DNA of 64,000 nucleotides from Octopus vulgaris (taxonomy: Eukaryota), in assembly GCA_951406725.2 (NCBI GenBank), contig OX597817.1, forward strand, positions 93,620,001-93,684,000, written 5' to 3'. Numbering within the stretch: position 1 is the first letter of the stretch; each line of letters starts with the position of its first letter. Positions 1 through 13,290 of this stretch are shown one piece after another. Below the pieces are notes generated by a model. The model did not search any database and was not told where the DNA came from. It worked only from the letters and a program-made list of their open reading frames with translations. A program made the position numbers and the translations under genes.

Positions 1-2324
1 ATTCCGCCCACATGTATTATCACACATGTCTCACCATTATATCATATTTGTTTAACGACGGTTCGATGCCCTTCCTAATACCAACCACGTCATATGTCTA
101 ACCGGAGAATTTTCTCTCGGGAATGTCTCCGTAGCTAAAGGTCTTAATCACACCTAAAGAAAAGCAAACTTGCTTATAGATAAATATATAACTTTTAGAT
201 GTTATAGTTAATGAAATCCTTTGTTTCTATCACGGTTAGGTCTTGTGCATCGGATCTCCTTTCATTTCAGTGAAGGAAGGGTCGCCGAAACAAAAAACGA
301 GACATGTCATAAGAAAGGCTTATGAGGATTGTTCAAGTAGTTACATTGCTATTTACTCATTGATTAAATAGAAAGGAAAGCGAAAAGACTGAGTGAAGAG
401 AGAAGACGAACAGAGAAATAAAGACGGAACGAACAAAACACAACACAAGCCAACGAGAAAGACCCTACGCGCTAGATCAAGTTGCTGGAAACAACAGCCA
501 ATTCCGCACAATATTTATTAATCTATTCCTTTTCAGTGCCGTATATTTCTTTCGTGTCTTTCCATGTACACAATTATTATAAACCAATCCACAACACCAA
601 CGAAATACAGGTGACATATTACTTACAGTGACCAGATATCTACATGATCGAAGCTAACCTTGAGCTCAGCAATAGAAACTACGACGAAAACGGGCACATG
701 AGCAAGCCTGCGTGGGATCGTCTCCGTGGTAGCTGATCTGATGGAAACGGCAGCCGATTTTCCATACCACTGCTATCACTACTACTTGTATAGGTATTCG
801 TATTCTTCACTCTCTCCCAACCTTTTCACCGAGGTTGCCTGACTTAGTTTCTTAATGGCTTGGTCAGGTGAGGAATTATCTCTTTTGAGATACTCTGGAG
901 ATCCTACCAGAGAGTTGGTTCTTCAGATCGCAGAACCAGTCCACATACTTTGCAATAGATTGTACCTTCTTTTAAAAGGTACCCAGAGGTCAAGTGGCTG
1001 ACCTAATTATAGAAAATGCAAGTATGGATTATATTTACATATCAGTACATTCACTAACAACGTGTATACAATAACAACGTTATCTCAAAACTTAAGTGCT
1101 TCCTCTGTGTGTGTGTGTGTGTGAGCGCGCAGCTTGAATCTTGATCCGTAACATAAACATTTGAGTTTAATAAGCAATACATATAAAACACACACCACAC
1201 ATACTGATAAACGCATTACAAATACACTCTTTATCCACACACACATGTATATCACATATATACCTTTATCGACCAAACATAGAGCACTGTCGCATATACG
1301 TGTATACATTCACACATACATACGTATATTTGTGTGTGTAAGTATACATAAACACATATACACACGCACTCAATATGTATACACGTGTATACATGTACAT
1401 TGTATGTACACACACACACACACACACATAACACAAATATGGATCTATTACAGATAAATTCCATCAGATGGGCTTTTTTTTTATATAGTTTTCATTTACA
1501 AGAAATGGGTAAACTCGAAGCGATATAAAGTGATGTATGTCCAAGATGCAACGCAGTGAGATTGAGCCCGGAGCTTCTTAGTTGCGAAGCAAACTACTTA
1601 ACCATCCGGTCAAACTGCGTTACATTCACAAACAGGTAGATATATTACACACACACAGATATGCATACAAAATACAGCGTTATACACACACACATTCACA
1701 TATATACAACGGATGTAATCGGTAAACCGAGACATTCGATTTAAAGAGATCAATAAAGATCGATAAAATGAGTACGAGACTAAATATTAGGTCGATTTAA
1801 TTGAGTAAAACCTTTAAACCTGGTGCTCCAGCATGGTCACGGAACAAAAGAAATATATATTTAAAAATGCATTATGTATTATTGAAGAAAAAGTAAAAAA
1901 AAAAGAAATCAGATTATACACGCTGTCCCTCCCTCAATCATATTCTTTCTCTCTCCCTCTCACACACAAACAATCCATCTAAAACACACCTACCTACTTA
2001 CATTATAACCATAAAATACTGACAGGTGTGTTACTAATGTATGTTGTGTTGTGACATTATACTGTACTTACTGTACAGGTAGGTAGGTAGACCGTCGCAG
2101 CTAAATATAATTAGTAGTAGTTCAGTCGTCTTGACATGTGAACCTTTGCTAAGCCTTTTCTCATTCTTGACATTCTGATATATGTCCTAGGTTTTATAAT
2201 AAACAATGCATAGCAGACTTCATTTCCAGGTGTGTGTGCACGCGCGCATTTCCAGGCATAATAACCTTATTATTCCTGGAAGTGATGCTTTCTTGATTTT
2301 GGACGCAAAGCTACACTTTTAGAC

Positions 2325-2700
2325 GAAGGTATGGCTGTGTGGTTAAGAAGCCCACTTTGGAACCAAGTAGTAGCCCGAGTTAAGTCCTACTGCACGGCAG
2401 TTTGGGAAAGCGTCTCCCACTATAGCCCCAGACTAGGCAATACCTTGCGAGTGAATTTGATAGATAGATTATGTGTAGAAACTTGGTGTGTGTCTTTGTC
2501 ACTCCCAAACTTCGTAAACAAACGTAATAACTTGTTTAAATTTCCGAAACTTAGTGGTTCAGTACAAGAACCGATAGAATAAGTACCAAACTTAAGAACA
2601 GCAAAACAAAAAGGTACCGGGGCCGATTTGTTCGATTAAAACTCTTCAGAGCTGTATCACAATATGGCTGCAATCCAATAACTGTAACAAGTGAAAAGTG
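2325..2700 (+). mobile_element. Diverged tRNA-derived SINE (family S1)
   Basis: Head ggctgtgtggttaagaag... and tail ccgatagaataagtacc...gatttgttcgattaaa, shared with copies at 14490 and 35255. Confidence 0.6.
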
Positions 2701-4139
2701 TCTTCTTAATCTAGCTCATGGTAGATTGGCTTAATTTCGTTGCCAATATCAAAGAACAAATATCACGGAAAACAGTATAGTCCTGGAGATTTAATAAAGA
2801 GCTCATTATAAAATTCCAAGCACGTTACGAAATACGACAGGCAGCGAAGGCTGGAGGGTACAAGGTCCGAAACGTTCCTCTAACTTACCAGTGTCAGTGA
2901 ATAATTACATAAATAAATAAATAAAACGTGGTTTCTGATTTAGGCACAAGGCTAACAATTTTGAGAAGAGGGAGTTTAGTCGATACCATCGACAACATAT
3001 TAGTATTTATGAGTCGAGAGAAACACTTCGAGGAATGTGTAAGACACTTAATCCTGCCAACTCGCTACCCTTAGTAGCAGTAGCATAAAATTTACGCAAT
3101 GAATCTTATTAGGTGCCACAACATAACCGCACTCCAATGAGTGAAATAGTTAAAAAAAAAAACTGTTGGTCTGGGTCATAAAATCCGTTAATAATGTCTA
3201 GGGATTAATAAAATATATACTCACTTCTTCCAAACTTCTTCACATTTTAAGATACGAGTGTATAATTATTACATTTCAAACTTGCAAAATTGAAAAGGTC
3301 ATATCATTACAACACTAAAATCTGTCTTTATATTTATGGCTAACACATTTTCAATAAATGTTCGAAATGTGTGTGTGCGAATTAAATCTGTTGGATATAC
3401 AAAGCAATATATCTTACAAATGTATGCGTTAATGTCACTATAGTGCAGTGATATCGGATATAAGGAATAATTAAAAATGCAGTTAAGCATCTAAATATGC
3501 TGTAAACAACAGAGGTATTGAAATGTGTACGCAGACACTGTGTAGACTTCTGTTGAAAAATAAATTGGCAGAAACGCAATTTAAGGCAAGTACATTCGTT
3601 TATTCAATGGTATTCATAAGACTAATTGTTTCTTCCGAATATCGAAATCGGAAAGAAACATGATTAAATATTGAATAAAAAAATTCACACACATATCGTG
3701 ATTTAATTCAAAAGTCCATTTAGTGCGTGTGTGTTTGTATGTATATATAACAGCCGAGGGTAAAAGTAAGTGTAGCCAACTTTTTGTCACAATAAATATA
3801 TCTATCGACTCTGCTCAACAAACTGAGCTCCATATATGAGAATATATGTAGGGTACACAAGCACAAAGTCATGGGTTCGATTTCTGAAGTGGATGGTACA
3901 TTATGTCAATGAACAAGGCACTTTATCCCACACGCCTTAGTTTGCTCACATGTAATGAGAAACAGCCTGATGCAGGTGTACCCCCCCTTTTCTTCCCAAT
4001 TATCTTACCCTGAATGCTTCATTGTGTTAAGGATGGGAGTACCGAGGGAGGTGTCTATGCTTTTCGACTACATAAAACATGTTAGTGAATGATTAAATCA
4101 TATGGTAACTTGTTGCAGGAGAGAGGATTTTTGAACTGG

Positions 4140-4270
4140 CACAGTGCTTTTTTGTCAATATAGATAAGCTCGCCGGACCACGACGGCGCCAATATTGTCG
4201 GATGGTCTAATAGCGATGTCTTGCGTTTGTAGAATATCTGGAAGGTGTCGACTTTCGATTAAAAATTTTC
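4140..4270 (-). pseudogene. Degraded Penelope-like RT N-terminal fragment
   Basis: Minus-strand translation QDIAIRPSDNIGAVVV resembles the PLE RT motif IxIxPADKGGAVVV. Confidence 0.4.
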
Positions 4271-4961
4271 CGTACATCCGTTCTTAGTTCAATAATCCCA
4301 TTTTTATCCTTCAGCTCCTGTCTCACTTTAATTCCCCCTCCCCACCTCACATTGGCCGTTTCTCTCCCTCCTTTCATTTGTTTCCTTCTCCCTCTCTTGA
4401 TTAGTTTCTCCCTTCTGCTCCTTCATGTCTATGTATGCAATCTTATGTTGTGTTGCGTTTCCCGCTAGTTGCAGCCAGTTGTTTTAAAACAGAATGTAAA
4501 ACTCTGGACTCTGTCCGAAACGTTGGATACCCCACTCCACACGGTAATTTCATTGTACATTTTCTGCCCAAGTCTTGCCGACGCAGATCGCCACCAATTT
4601 CCTTGGATCCTGTAAAGCTTGTTTTTATGTTCAGTTATAATAAAAAACAATTTTACACTAATCTGATGGGTTAACTCTATACTTTTGTAGAGTACAAGTT
4701 TACTTATTTCTTTATTACCCACAAGGGGCCAACGAAGACGGGGACAATACATCATGATTTGGGGTCACGAGACACAAATGGAATTTACATAAAAAATGAG
4801 CTTTTAAAAATATTTACACAAAATCGAAAAAATCGAATGATACACTATGTTTTTAACAACAGCACGACATAAAAGGAACACATGAAGTGGGAACACCAGG
4901 ATTGCCGACCCCACGAGCCCTGTTTTTCCCACCGAAACTCGGCAGCCAACTTACAGCATGT

Positions 4962-7900
4962 TCACGTGGCCCCTTTCACTCGCAGCAATCGTGCCACACG
5001 TTTCCATATTTTTTCGAACTCACACGCAGACAGACACCTTTTCTCTAACTCCACCTTTCTTTTCAGGTGGAACCTGAAATAGGTCACCAAGGCGGAGCCA
5101 GAGATCATGGTGCCTGTCATTACCGCTTTCATTCTAGTCTTCCATATGCACTCTTTCGCTACTGCTACTGTACTGAGAAAGCAATGCTTACCTTCACTTG
5201 TCAAAAAGCTAGGCGAGTCAATTTTTATAATTGTCTCAGCCGATAGCTGTACTCTTCTTCCGTCCGACAACAGGTGTTCGGCATATACCCACACGTCCGA
5301 AACTTCCGGACACTGAACAATAGCGTGCGAGACTGTTTCCAGATCCCGCTCGCATCTTGGACAGCTCGATGGTCCACTCCAACCATGCCTTGTGAGTTTA
5401 TCCCGAACGGGTAAAGCCCCTCTGAAACATTGCCAGGTCAAAGACTTCTGGAAGTTATCCAGTGTCTTCGGCCCGAACGTCCTTCGGAACAGGCTGTCTA
5501 ACTGATTTCGATCGAGGCCCAAGGTCCTTCCTAAGGCATCGTCATTTCCGGCCTCTACCAACCTGCTATAGAAAGCTGCGGTGGTACCAAAGCCGCCGGC
5601 ATTGCCCGAGTTGCGGAAGTGGCAGAGTGCCTTACGGCACTCCGAATACCACATGCTCGATCTAAGTCTACGACGAAACCAGGTTTCTCTGCCACCGAAA
5701 CTGACAAAGCTGGGGAACATCTGCCTCGCAAGCGGGGACCACACCCGTTCACCATCCAGGTAGAGCCAAAGATGCCTTAACCTCAGCGCATGTCTGCGCA
5801 TCATCAGCCAAGGCATCCCTAAGCCACCCTTTAACGGTTTCTGACAGCAAATAGAACGTCTTACAAGAGGAGTGCTTCCCTTCCACAAAAAGCGGAAGAT
5901 CTGCCTCTCCAACTTGCTTAACCACGAATCCGGACAAGGGACGACGGTCAGGCGGTAGGTGATGACCGATGCTAAAAACACATTGGCCACCTCCGCCCTC
6001 CCTTTCAAGGATAGCCACCGTCCGGACCAAGTCCCGACCGCGTGAGCCACCTTGCCCGTCACCTCAGACCAGTTCTTTTCTATCTGGAGATCTGGACCAA
6101 ACCAGATCCCTAGCAGCTTAACCGGGCCCTCCGTCCAGCATCCCACGATGCTATTCGAAGGCATCGACTTGCCCCTCCAGGTGCCGAGTTGCAAGCCGAC
6201 CGATTTTTCCGGGTTAATCTTTGCTCCTGTCGCCGTCTCGTAAGCCTTGATGGCATCTCCCACATTACGTAGGAGTTCCACCTCGGTCACGATGATGGTG
6301 ATGTCGTCCGCATACGATGTCACAGATCCTCCACCTCCTGGATTCATCGGGATGGCGCTCAGCTTTCGCAGCAATGGCTCGAGAGCCATCACATACAAAA
6401 TCGGGGAGAGCGGACACCCTTGACGAACAGACTGTCTGATGCGGAACGGCTTCGAAAGGAAGCCGTTCACCCGAACGATCGAGTCGATGTTATCGTACAA
6501 TTGTATGATCCACCTGAGGAAGCCAACACCCAGACCGAACTGCGCCAGCACGGACACCAGGTACCGATGGTGCACCCTATCGAACGCTTTACTCTGGTCT
6601 AAATGGACCAATGCCCCACCTTTGCCAGAGTCATTCCCAAACCTCTCTATTGTGTAGCGTACTAGGTGAAGATTGTCCTGGATGGTTCTTCCAGGGACCG
6701 CACAAGTTTGTGCCTCCCCGATCAGACCACCCGCGACACGCGTCAACCTTTTCGCTAGCACCTTGGCCAAAATCTTCACCTCTGTGTTTAGCAGTGTGAT
6801 GGGCCGAAAGTTGTCTATGTTGTCCCCCTTGCTCGGGTCCTTTCTGATCAGCGTCACCACTCCCCGACGTACAGATCTGGGAATGAACCCATTCTGTCGC
6901 CAGTTCGCGAAGACTCCGGTCAGCACGTTCCCGAACAAGTCTGGCATTCTCTTATATAGCTCGTAAGGTAAACCATCAATCCCCGGCGCCCTGCCTTCAC
7001 CGCAGTCGACCAGGACCTCAGCTATCTCCTCAGGCGAGATCGACGCTTCACAGCTCTCCGCGTCCTGCCCCGTGAGGCGCGGCAACCCGGCGAGGATGTC
7101 CGTTAGGTCCACCCTCTCCTCCGGCCCGCCGTCGCCCCCAAAGAGCCGAGCGAAGTGCTCCTGAAACGTCCGACACATCTCCTCTGGTTCGGTGATCACA
7201 TCGCCTCGCCCGTTCGTCACAGACTTAATTGTGGAATCGTTTCCACGTTGAGCCTCCACAACTCGTGCCCATCCGGCAGCCCTGATACCCTCGCACCCCA
7301 TTGCGCGAATTCTAGCTCTGACGATGTTGGGCTTCGAGGTGCTGGTTCAACTCCAGTCTCTTCAGCCTAACTTGGGCCCCATCGCCAGCTCTCATGGCTT
7401 CCTCTAAGGCCTTAACTAGCCCCATCTCTTTCCTACGCCCACTAGTTGCTAGACCTATGCTGTATCTAATGGACTCGTATTTGATGGCTCTTTTGAGGGC
7501 GTACCACCATTTGTTGTTAATAATGGAACCGGTTAACGCCCTCTTCACTAATAACTCGATCCGGTTTCTGTACTCCTCAATAGCCAGAAGGGACTTATTG
7601 AGTTTCCAGTAGCCGGATCCCTTACTACCTAACTTATCTAGGTTCAGTTCGCCAGTGACCATCTTGTGATCGCTGTAACTGACCAGGTGAAACTGTGGAC
7701 ACTTAACTAATCCTTTATCTATTTTTCTAATAAAAATTCTGTCTATGTAGGACCTGACAGACCCGTCGCCACTTAACCACGTCCACTGTGGAGCGTTCGG
7801 GAATTCAAGTCTGTAGGGATCCACCAGCTGAAAGCGACTCAGTAGATCCCGGAAGCCAGGGTTTGGTTTTCTATCTTTTGAGCCAACGCCATCGACGCGC

Positions 7901-8337
7901 GCGTCGACTATGGCATTAAAGTCCCCTAGCATGACTATGGATTTTGACGTGCCAAGAAACTTCTCTAGGTCTCGATAAAAATCAGTCTGACCCGAATTAG
8001 GTGCGTATACCGCCACCAGCCTGATTTCTTTACCACAACTGAACGTCAGATCTAAGACGACCAGCCTACCTTCTGAATCAGAAAAAATCAACTTTTTCTC
8101 TGAGACACTATCTTTTTTAAGCAGGACCAACACCCCACTGCCGCCCACATGCCGTCCAGGAGAAATAAATTTCTCGTAGCCGTTCATGAGCGGGAGTAGA
8201 TCTCTTGGCCCTTCGATTCGTGTCTCAGTAGCTACAATTACATTTAAATTCCGCGCCCTGATATCGTTTAGTAAACGACCTTGTTTCCAGTTCGCTACCA
8301 GGGTGCGCACATTTATACAACCAACGTAAACAGCCAT
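4962..8337 (-). CDS. LINE ORF2: APE endonuclease (7312-8337) + reverse transcriptase (4962-7301), one frameshift near 7310
   Basis: APE motifs INVRTL, ETRI, VYAPN, GDFN, IDRIF, SDH, GYWKLN. RT motifs APGIDGLP, NFRPITLLN, DQSKAFDRV, QGCPLSP, YADD, LLGIW. C-terminal CPRC-x7-H-x4-C. Confidence 0.92.
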
Positions 8338-8344
8338 AGTTTGC

Positions 8345-9668
8345 TTACCTTATTTCCTCCGGGTCCGGCCGACGGGGGGGACCCGTCTCTTCTGCCTCCG
8401 AGGGCCGTGGAATCGGCGTACTGCTGTTCTTCTTTTCTACATCCTTCAGGGCATCCCCCTTGCTCATTCTGGATGGGCCTACGTCTTTTCTAAAATCATT
8501 TGCTAACGTGTTGAACCCTCTCAGTCCCATCACGTAGCATCTCCAGTCTCCACCTCTCACTTCCATCTCCACCTCCTCGGTGTGTTGTGTCTCCACTCTA
8601 CGCATCACTTCCCTGTTTGCGGTGTTCATCGCGACGTACACCCTATTTTCCCTCTCCGGCTTCTTCGCCTTCTTCACTTCTCTCTTCTCTTTACTTATGG
8701 TTTTCTCCGGGGAGGGGTTATTGTGTTTTCGCTTTGTAGCCGCAACCTGTGACCACCCCTCCCCTACTTCTGTTGCAGGTGTTGTTTCTATTGCCGCCAC
8801 TTGCGAACTTGGCTTTGTGGGTTCGCTCTTCTCCTTCTCTGCCGGCTTGCAGTCTTTCTTGATGTGGCCCTTCTTGCCACAGGTGAAACACCTGGGCTTC
8901 CGGCCCTCCACCATTACTGCCATCCGGCTCTCTCCTATCTCAATCACCTCGCCTATCTCTTCCAAGACGTCCGGCTCGGCCTGAATGATAATTTTTACTT
9001 TCTGTCCTTGCCACTTTTTGGCGTCTTCCACCGTGGCATCGCGAATCTCTATTTTTTCTTCCAGCCCTGCAGTGACTCCAGCCACTATTAGTTCGGGCTC
9101 AACCTCTGGCGGAATATTAGCAATCGTAATTCTTGAAATGCGCCTTCCTCTATAAATAGGTAGAAGGGTTACTGCCTCTGTTTTCAGGGGTTCCATAGAC
9201 TGCTCCCTTGCTTCTTCCTCTGTTTTGAACCTGGTTTCTCTTACCCCTGGTTAAAAATGTAATTTTTTCCCAGATGGGTTTTAAGCACGCCTCCACTTCC
9301 TTCTCCGAAGAAAAGTCTATTCTTCTTTCCTTATTTCTATAAGTTTTATATATTATTGTTTTTCTTTCTATCTCTTCGAGAGATTCTTTCGTCTGGTTCA
9401 GCTTAATTTTATATCCGTTTCGGGATACTATCTTTTTAACTTCGTCCAACTTGGTTAGGTTTATCTTTCTTTCTTTTGGACTCACCGCTTCAGCGAAGTT
9501 CAGCGCCTTCTTTGCCATGCTTGGCACATCCATATTTCTTCTGACTCGCCTACTTTCCTCTTCGTCCGAGGAAATGTCGGGCAAGGCTACTGTTCCTTCT
9601 AGGCTGGACATCTCTGGACTCAGGACCTGGGTTTGGTCTTCCGTTCTGTCCGCCTTCGGGCTGGCCAT
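8345..9668 (-). CDS. LINE ORF1 (gag-like nucleic-acid-binding protein with zinc knuckle), one frameshift near 9200-9240
   Basis: ORFs 9150-9698 and 8345-9196 overlap in different frames. Knuckle CFTCGKKGHIKKDC, RRM-like RITIANIPPEV segment and a Lys/Glu-rich tail. First ATG at 9668. Confidence 0.8.
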
Positions 9669-10125
9669 TATTGGCCTACCCCTCCTCAGCGGCTTCACTA
9701 AAATTAGTCAAATAAATTCGACTAAAAAAGACAACTTACTTTTTCTTTTGGGTTTTTTTTTTTTCTTTCACAAATAACAACTGGTAGTAGAATGTAGAGT
9801 ACAAGTTTGCTATTCTTAAACAAAAATGAATATGTATATATTTCACATTCGTTATTACATACATATTTAAGCACTTAACGTTTTCTCATGCAAAACCATT
9901 CATACGCAAATACACATACACATGTATGTCAACACACACACAAAATTCGTGAAAAACAGGAAACTTGCTAGGCAAGACTCAAGTTTTGTCAATAACCCTT
10001 TGTCCTTCAGGGATTTTTTCTCTTCTTTGCTTTGGATGGTTTTGTGCGTTTATAGGTAATGTATGTATAGCATCTGTGTTTGTATGTGTACATATTTATT
10101 TGAAATCTGGCCGAACATTTGTACT

Positions 10126-10395
10126 ATGACAGAACAGAAAGAAGTTAAAAGGCTAATGGAAGAGTATAAATGGTATGAAGTTGGTGAGACTAGGTATGCT
10201 GTGATTGAAAAGAAGAACATAGGTGAGTTTATGGGGAAGTGTGAAAGGGAGAATTGGGAGGTGAAAGATATAAGAATGAGCGATGAATTCGTGGAAAATA
10301 TGGAGGAGTATTTCGGAGTAAGAATGGATATGGATGGTCTTCGTATTGGGAAAGAACATTCAAGTGACTATGAAAAACAAAGGACAGGTAAGTGA
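10126..10395 (+). CDS. Small acidic ORF (89 aa) in unit 1 of the tandem retroposon
   Basis: MTEQKEVKRLMEEYKWYEVGETRY...RTGK; frame is conserved in unit 2. Confidence 0.5.
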   Translation: MTEQKEVKRLMEEYKWYEVGETRYAVIEKKNIGEFMGKCERENWEVKDIRMSDEFVENMEEYFGVRMDMDGLRIGKEHSSDYEKQRTGK

Positions 10396-10584
10396 TGCTG
10401 ACGGACGGGGCCGTTGGTATCGCTTTCATTTTATCATTTTTTTCGTTTAACAATTCATGTTCATAAAGTTTAATTATAATGTTCTATGTCCCCATGTTTT
10501 GTTATGTCCGCCATTCTTCGTAGCCCCTTAGTGGGTAATAAAGAAATCACATATTTATTTGAAATCTGGCCGAACATTTGTACT

Positions 10585-10851
10585 ATGACAGAACAGAAAG
10601 AAGTTAAAAGGCTAATGGAAGAGTATAAATGGTATGAAGTTGGTGAGACTAGGTATGCTGTGATTGAAAAGAACATAGATGAGTTTATGGTGAGGTGTGA
10701 AAGGGAGAATTGGGAGTCGAAAGATATAAGAATGAGCGATGAATTCGTGGAAAATATGGAGGAGTATTTCGGAGTAAGAATGGATATGGATGGTCTTCGT
10801 ATTGGGAAAGAACATTCAAGTGACGGTGAAAACCAAAGGACAGGTAAGTGA
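10585..10851 (+). CDS. Small acidic ORF (88 aa) in unit 2 of the tandem retroposon
   Basis: Paralog of 10126-10395 with an in-frame 3-nt deletion and the same stop position. Confidence 0.5.
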   Translation: MTEQKEVKRLMEEYKWYEVGETRYAVIEKNIDEFMVRCERENWESKDIRMSDEFVENMEEYFGVRMDMDGLRIGKEHSSDGENQRTGK

Positions 10852-11949
10852 TGCTAACGGATGGGGCCTTTAGCATCGCTTTCATATTATCATTTTTTTC
10901 ATGTAATAATTCATCCTTCATAAATTTAATTATAATGTTCTATGTCCCCATGTCTTGTGGTGTCCCCTCTGTGTCGCCCCTAGTGGGTAATAAAGAAAAA
11001 GTATGTGTACATGTTTTTGAAAGCATGAATATACGAGTACTGATGGCAGAAACATGCTCTTTTACCTACTTCTGTGTGCTGTATATACTAGTGACATATA
11101 GTGCAGTCTATGTATGCGAGTAATGCTCAAGCTATAAACTCATACTTTCAATGTAACTTGTGTTTATCGACGATATTGCATCCATTTATTTATGTGTGAG
11201 ACATATAAGGCTCATAATGCAGGTGTCTATGAAATATAACCATCCGTACATACATGAATATATATATATATACGTGTGTCACTTTGTATTTTATCTAGTG
11301 TCCGTCACGGCTGTGCTGAAGTATCGCTATTAAGAGTTTTAATCAAACGTATATCGATCCAGAACATATATTACCGGATTTGAATTTATCGAGTCGCTAA
11401 TTTGTAGCTGTGACATAAAAGGAAAAAAGAACCCAAATCTACTGTATATTCCTTGATTTCGAAAAACCATAAGATAGGTTTAACCTCAGAATCTTATTCT
11501 TCCAGAAATATCGAAATCAAATGACGAATGGGGCACTATCATAAAAGCTAGTGGTAATATTTGGAGTACTAAAAGCACCGCATTGAGTAGTTTTTGTTCC
11601 TGCTAATGTTGTCAGACATTGATAATTAATATACGATAAGCCACTCAGTTGTTATACAGACAACATTAAGGTGGTGCTAAAGAACAAGACGAACAGTGTT
11701 ATCAATGTATCCCAACTAGACTTTGACACTATATACAATAATATGTCGTTTAACGCCATGAGTATATTCGTGACCGAGCATTACTATATCTTGCAGATGC
11801 AGGTTTCTCTACAACACACACACACATATACGCTTATACACAAATACACATATTATATATACCATTTTTTGCTTTTTAGTTACCATCATGGTTTGAATTG
11901 AAGCACATATGTATACACACGCACGCACACACACAATATATATTATATA

Positions 11950-12151
11950 TGGAGTGGCTGTGTGGTAAGTAGCTTGCTTACGAACCACAGGGTTCCGGGT
12001 TTAGTCCCAGTGCGTGGCACCTTGCGCAAGTGTCTTCTACTATAGCCTCGGGCCGACCAAAGGCTTACAAAGAATAAGTCTTGCGGTCGATTTGCTCGAC
12101 TAAATGCGGTGCTCCAGCATGGCCGCAGTCAAATGACTGAAACAAGTAAAA

Positions 12152-12155
<4 letters not shown>
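11950..12155 (+). mobile_element. tRNA-derived SINE S1, internally deleted
   Basis: A-box-like tggctgtgtggtaag, ggttccgggtt, CORE-like ggcaccttgcgcaagtgtctt, then directly the tail gctccagcatggccgcagtcaaatgactgaaac. Confidence 0.8.
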
Positions 12156-12193
<38 letters not shown>

Positions 12194-12195
12194 GT

Positions 12196-13010
12196 TGGCG
12201 AACTGAAAAGTTCATAGGCTGATTATGAAGGGGTGGTGCTAGAGCAGTGAAATCTTGTATACATTAATTTCAACACTTATTATTAATAACTGCATTGTTT
12301 CTTTACATGTAAACGGACATCTGACTGCTCAAGAAAGATTTCAAAGGTAACTAGTAGCGACTTCTCTTGAAAATCGACATCATGTTGTTATCTTGGCATC
12401 GTGGTGTTATCAAGCACCTATAGGAAAAGGGTTTAGCCCCCAAGGATATTCATGCTGGGATAACGTTCCAGCTTTATCAACAGTACAAAAGTGGTAGCTG
12501 AATTTAGGAGGGGTCTTGAAGATGACCCAAGATCTGGATGTCCTGTAACTGTCACTATCAAGGAAAATATTGATCATGTTCACCACATGGATGACAGGCG
12601 ATCGACTATAAATAGTCAATGCTTTTAGCATACCTCGTGAGAAGGTTGAAAAAATTCTGCTCAATGACCTTAGCATGACGAAGGTTTCTGCTCGGTGAGT
12701 GCTGGGAAAATCTGACATTGTTTGAGACAGATCCCGCTGGTTTCCTTCAATGTTTCCTCACCCATGATGAACGTTGGTTTCATCACTTTGAGCCACAGAC
12801 AAAGAGACAATCCATGCAGTGGAAACACTCCTCGTTACCTGCTCCATAGAAGACCATGGTCGTTTCATCTGTAGGGGAGACGATGGCTTCAGTTTGGGGG
12901 ATGCAAAAGGCATTGTGTTTATTATTGCCTATCTTCAAAAGTGCCACACTATCGATGGAGAATACTATGCCAACATGCTGAAGCAATTCTAAAAAGGACA
13001 TCTTGGCCAA
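12196..13010 (+). mobile_element. Degraded mariner-type DNA transposon (5' part)
   Basis: Starts with ctgaaaagttcataggctga, the same TIR as at 54968. Collinear with the copy at 54963-56176 and interrupted by a SINE at ~13010. Confidence 0.75.
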
Positions 13011-13290
13011 CTAAGCCTTGAGTGGATTTGGAATACGGAAACTGAAAGAAGTCCGTCTTGTGAGTGTGTGTGATAGTGCATGTCCCTTGCCACCGCTGGA
13101 CAACTGGTGTTGATGTGTTTATATCTCCACATCATAGCAGTTCGGCAAAAGAGACCGATATCACAAGTACCAGGCTTTACAATAAATAAATAAAAAGTAT
13201 TGGTGTCCATTCATTCGACTAAAATTCTTCATGGCGGTGCTCCAGCATGGCCGCAGTCTAATGGCTGAAACAAGCAAAAGATAAAAAATA
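13010..13290 (+). mobile_element. SINE S1, 3' part
   Basis: gccttgagtggatttgg...gaaagaag, then tail ggcggtgctccagcatggccgcagtc. Confidence 0.75.

Larger units (their letters stand above)
4702..9792 (-). mobile_element. Full-length non-LTR retrotransposon, Tx1/L1 clade (ORF1 + APE-RT ORF2)
   Basis: Gag-like ORF1 with a CCHC knuckle, followed 8 nt later by ORF2 (APE + RT + C-terminal Cys/His motif). The 3' end carries AATAAA. Perfect 16-bp TSD tgtagagtacaagttt at 4686-4701 and 9793-9808. Confidence 0.93.
10090..11000 (+). mobile_element. Tandem dimer of a 459-bp retroposed unit with a Tx1-LINE-like 3' tail
   Basis: Units start at 10090 and 10549. Both end in cccct(t)agtgggtaataaagaaa, matching the LINE 3' end. 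A 12-bp flanking duplication gtatgtgtacat lies at 10082-10093 and 11001-11012. Confidence 0.8.
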
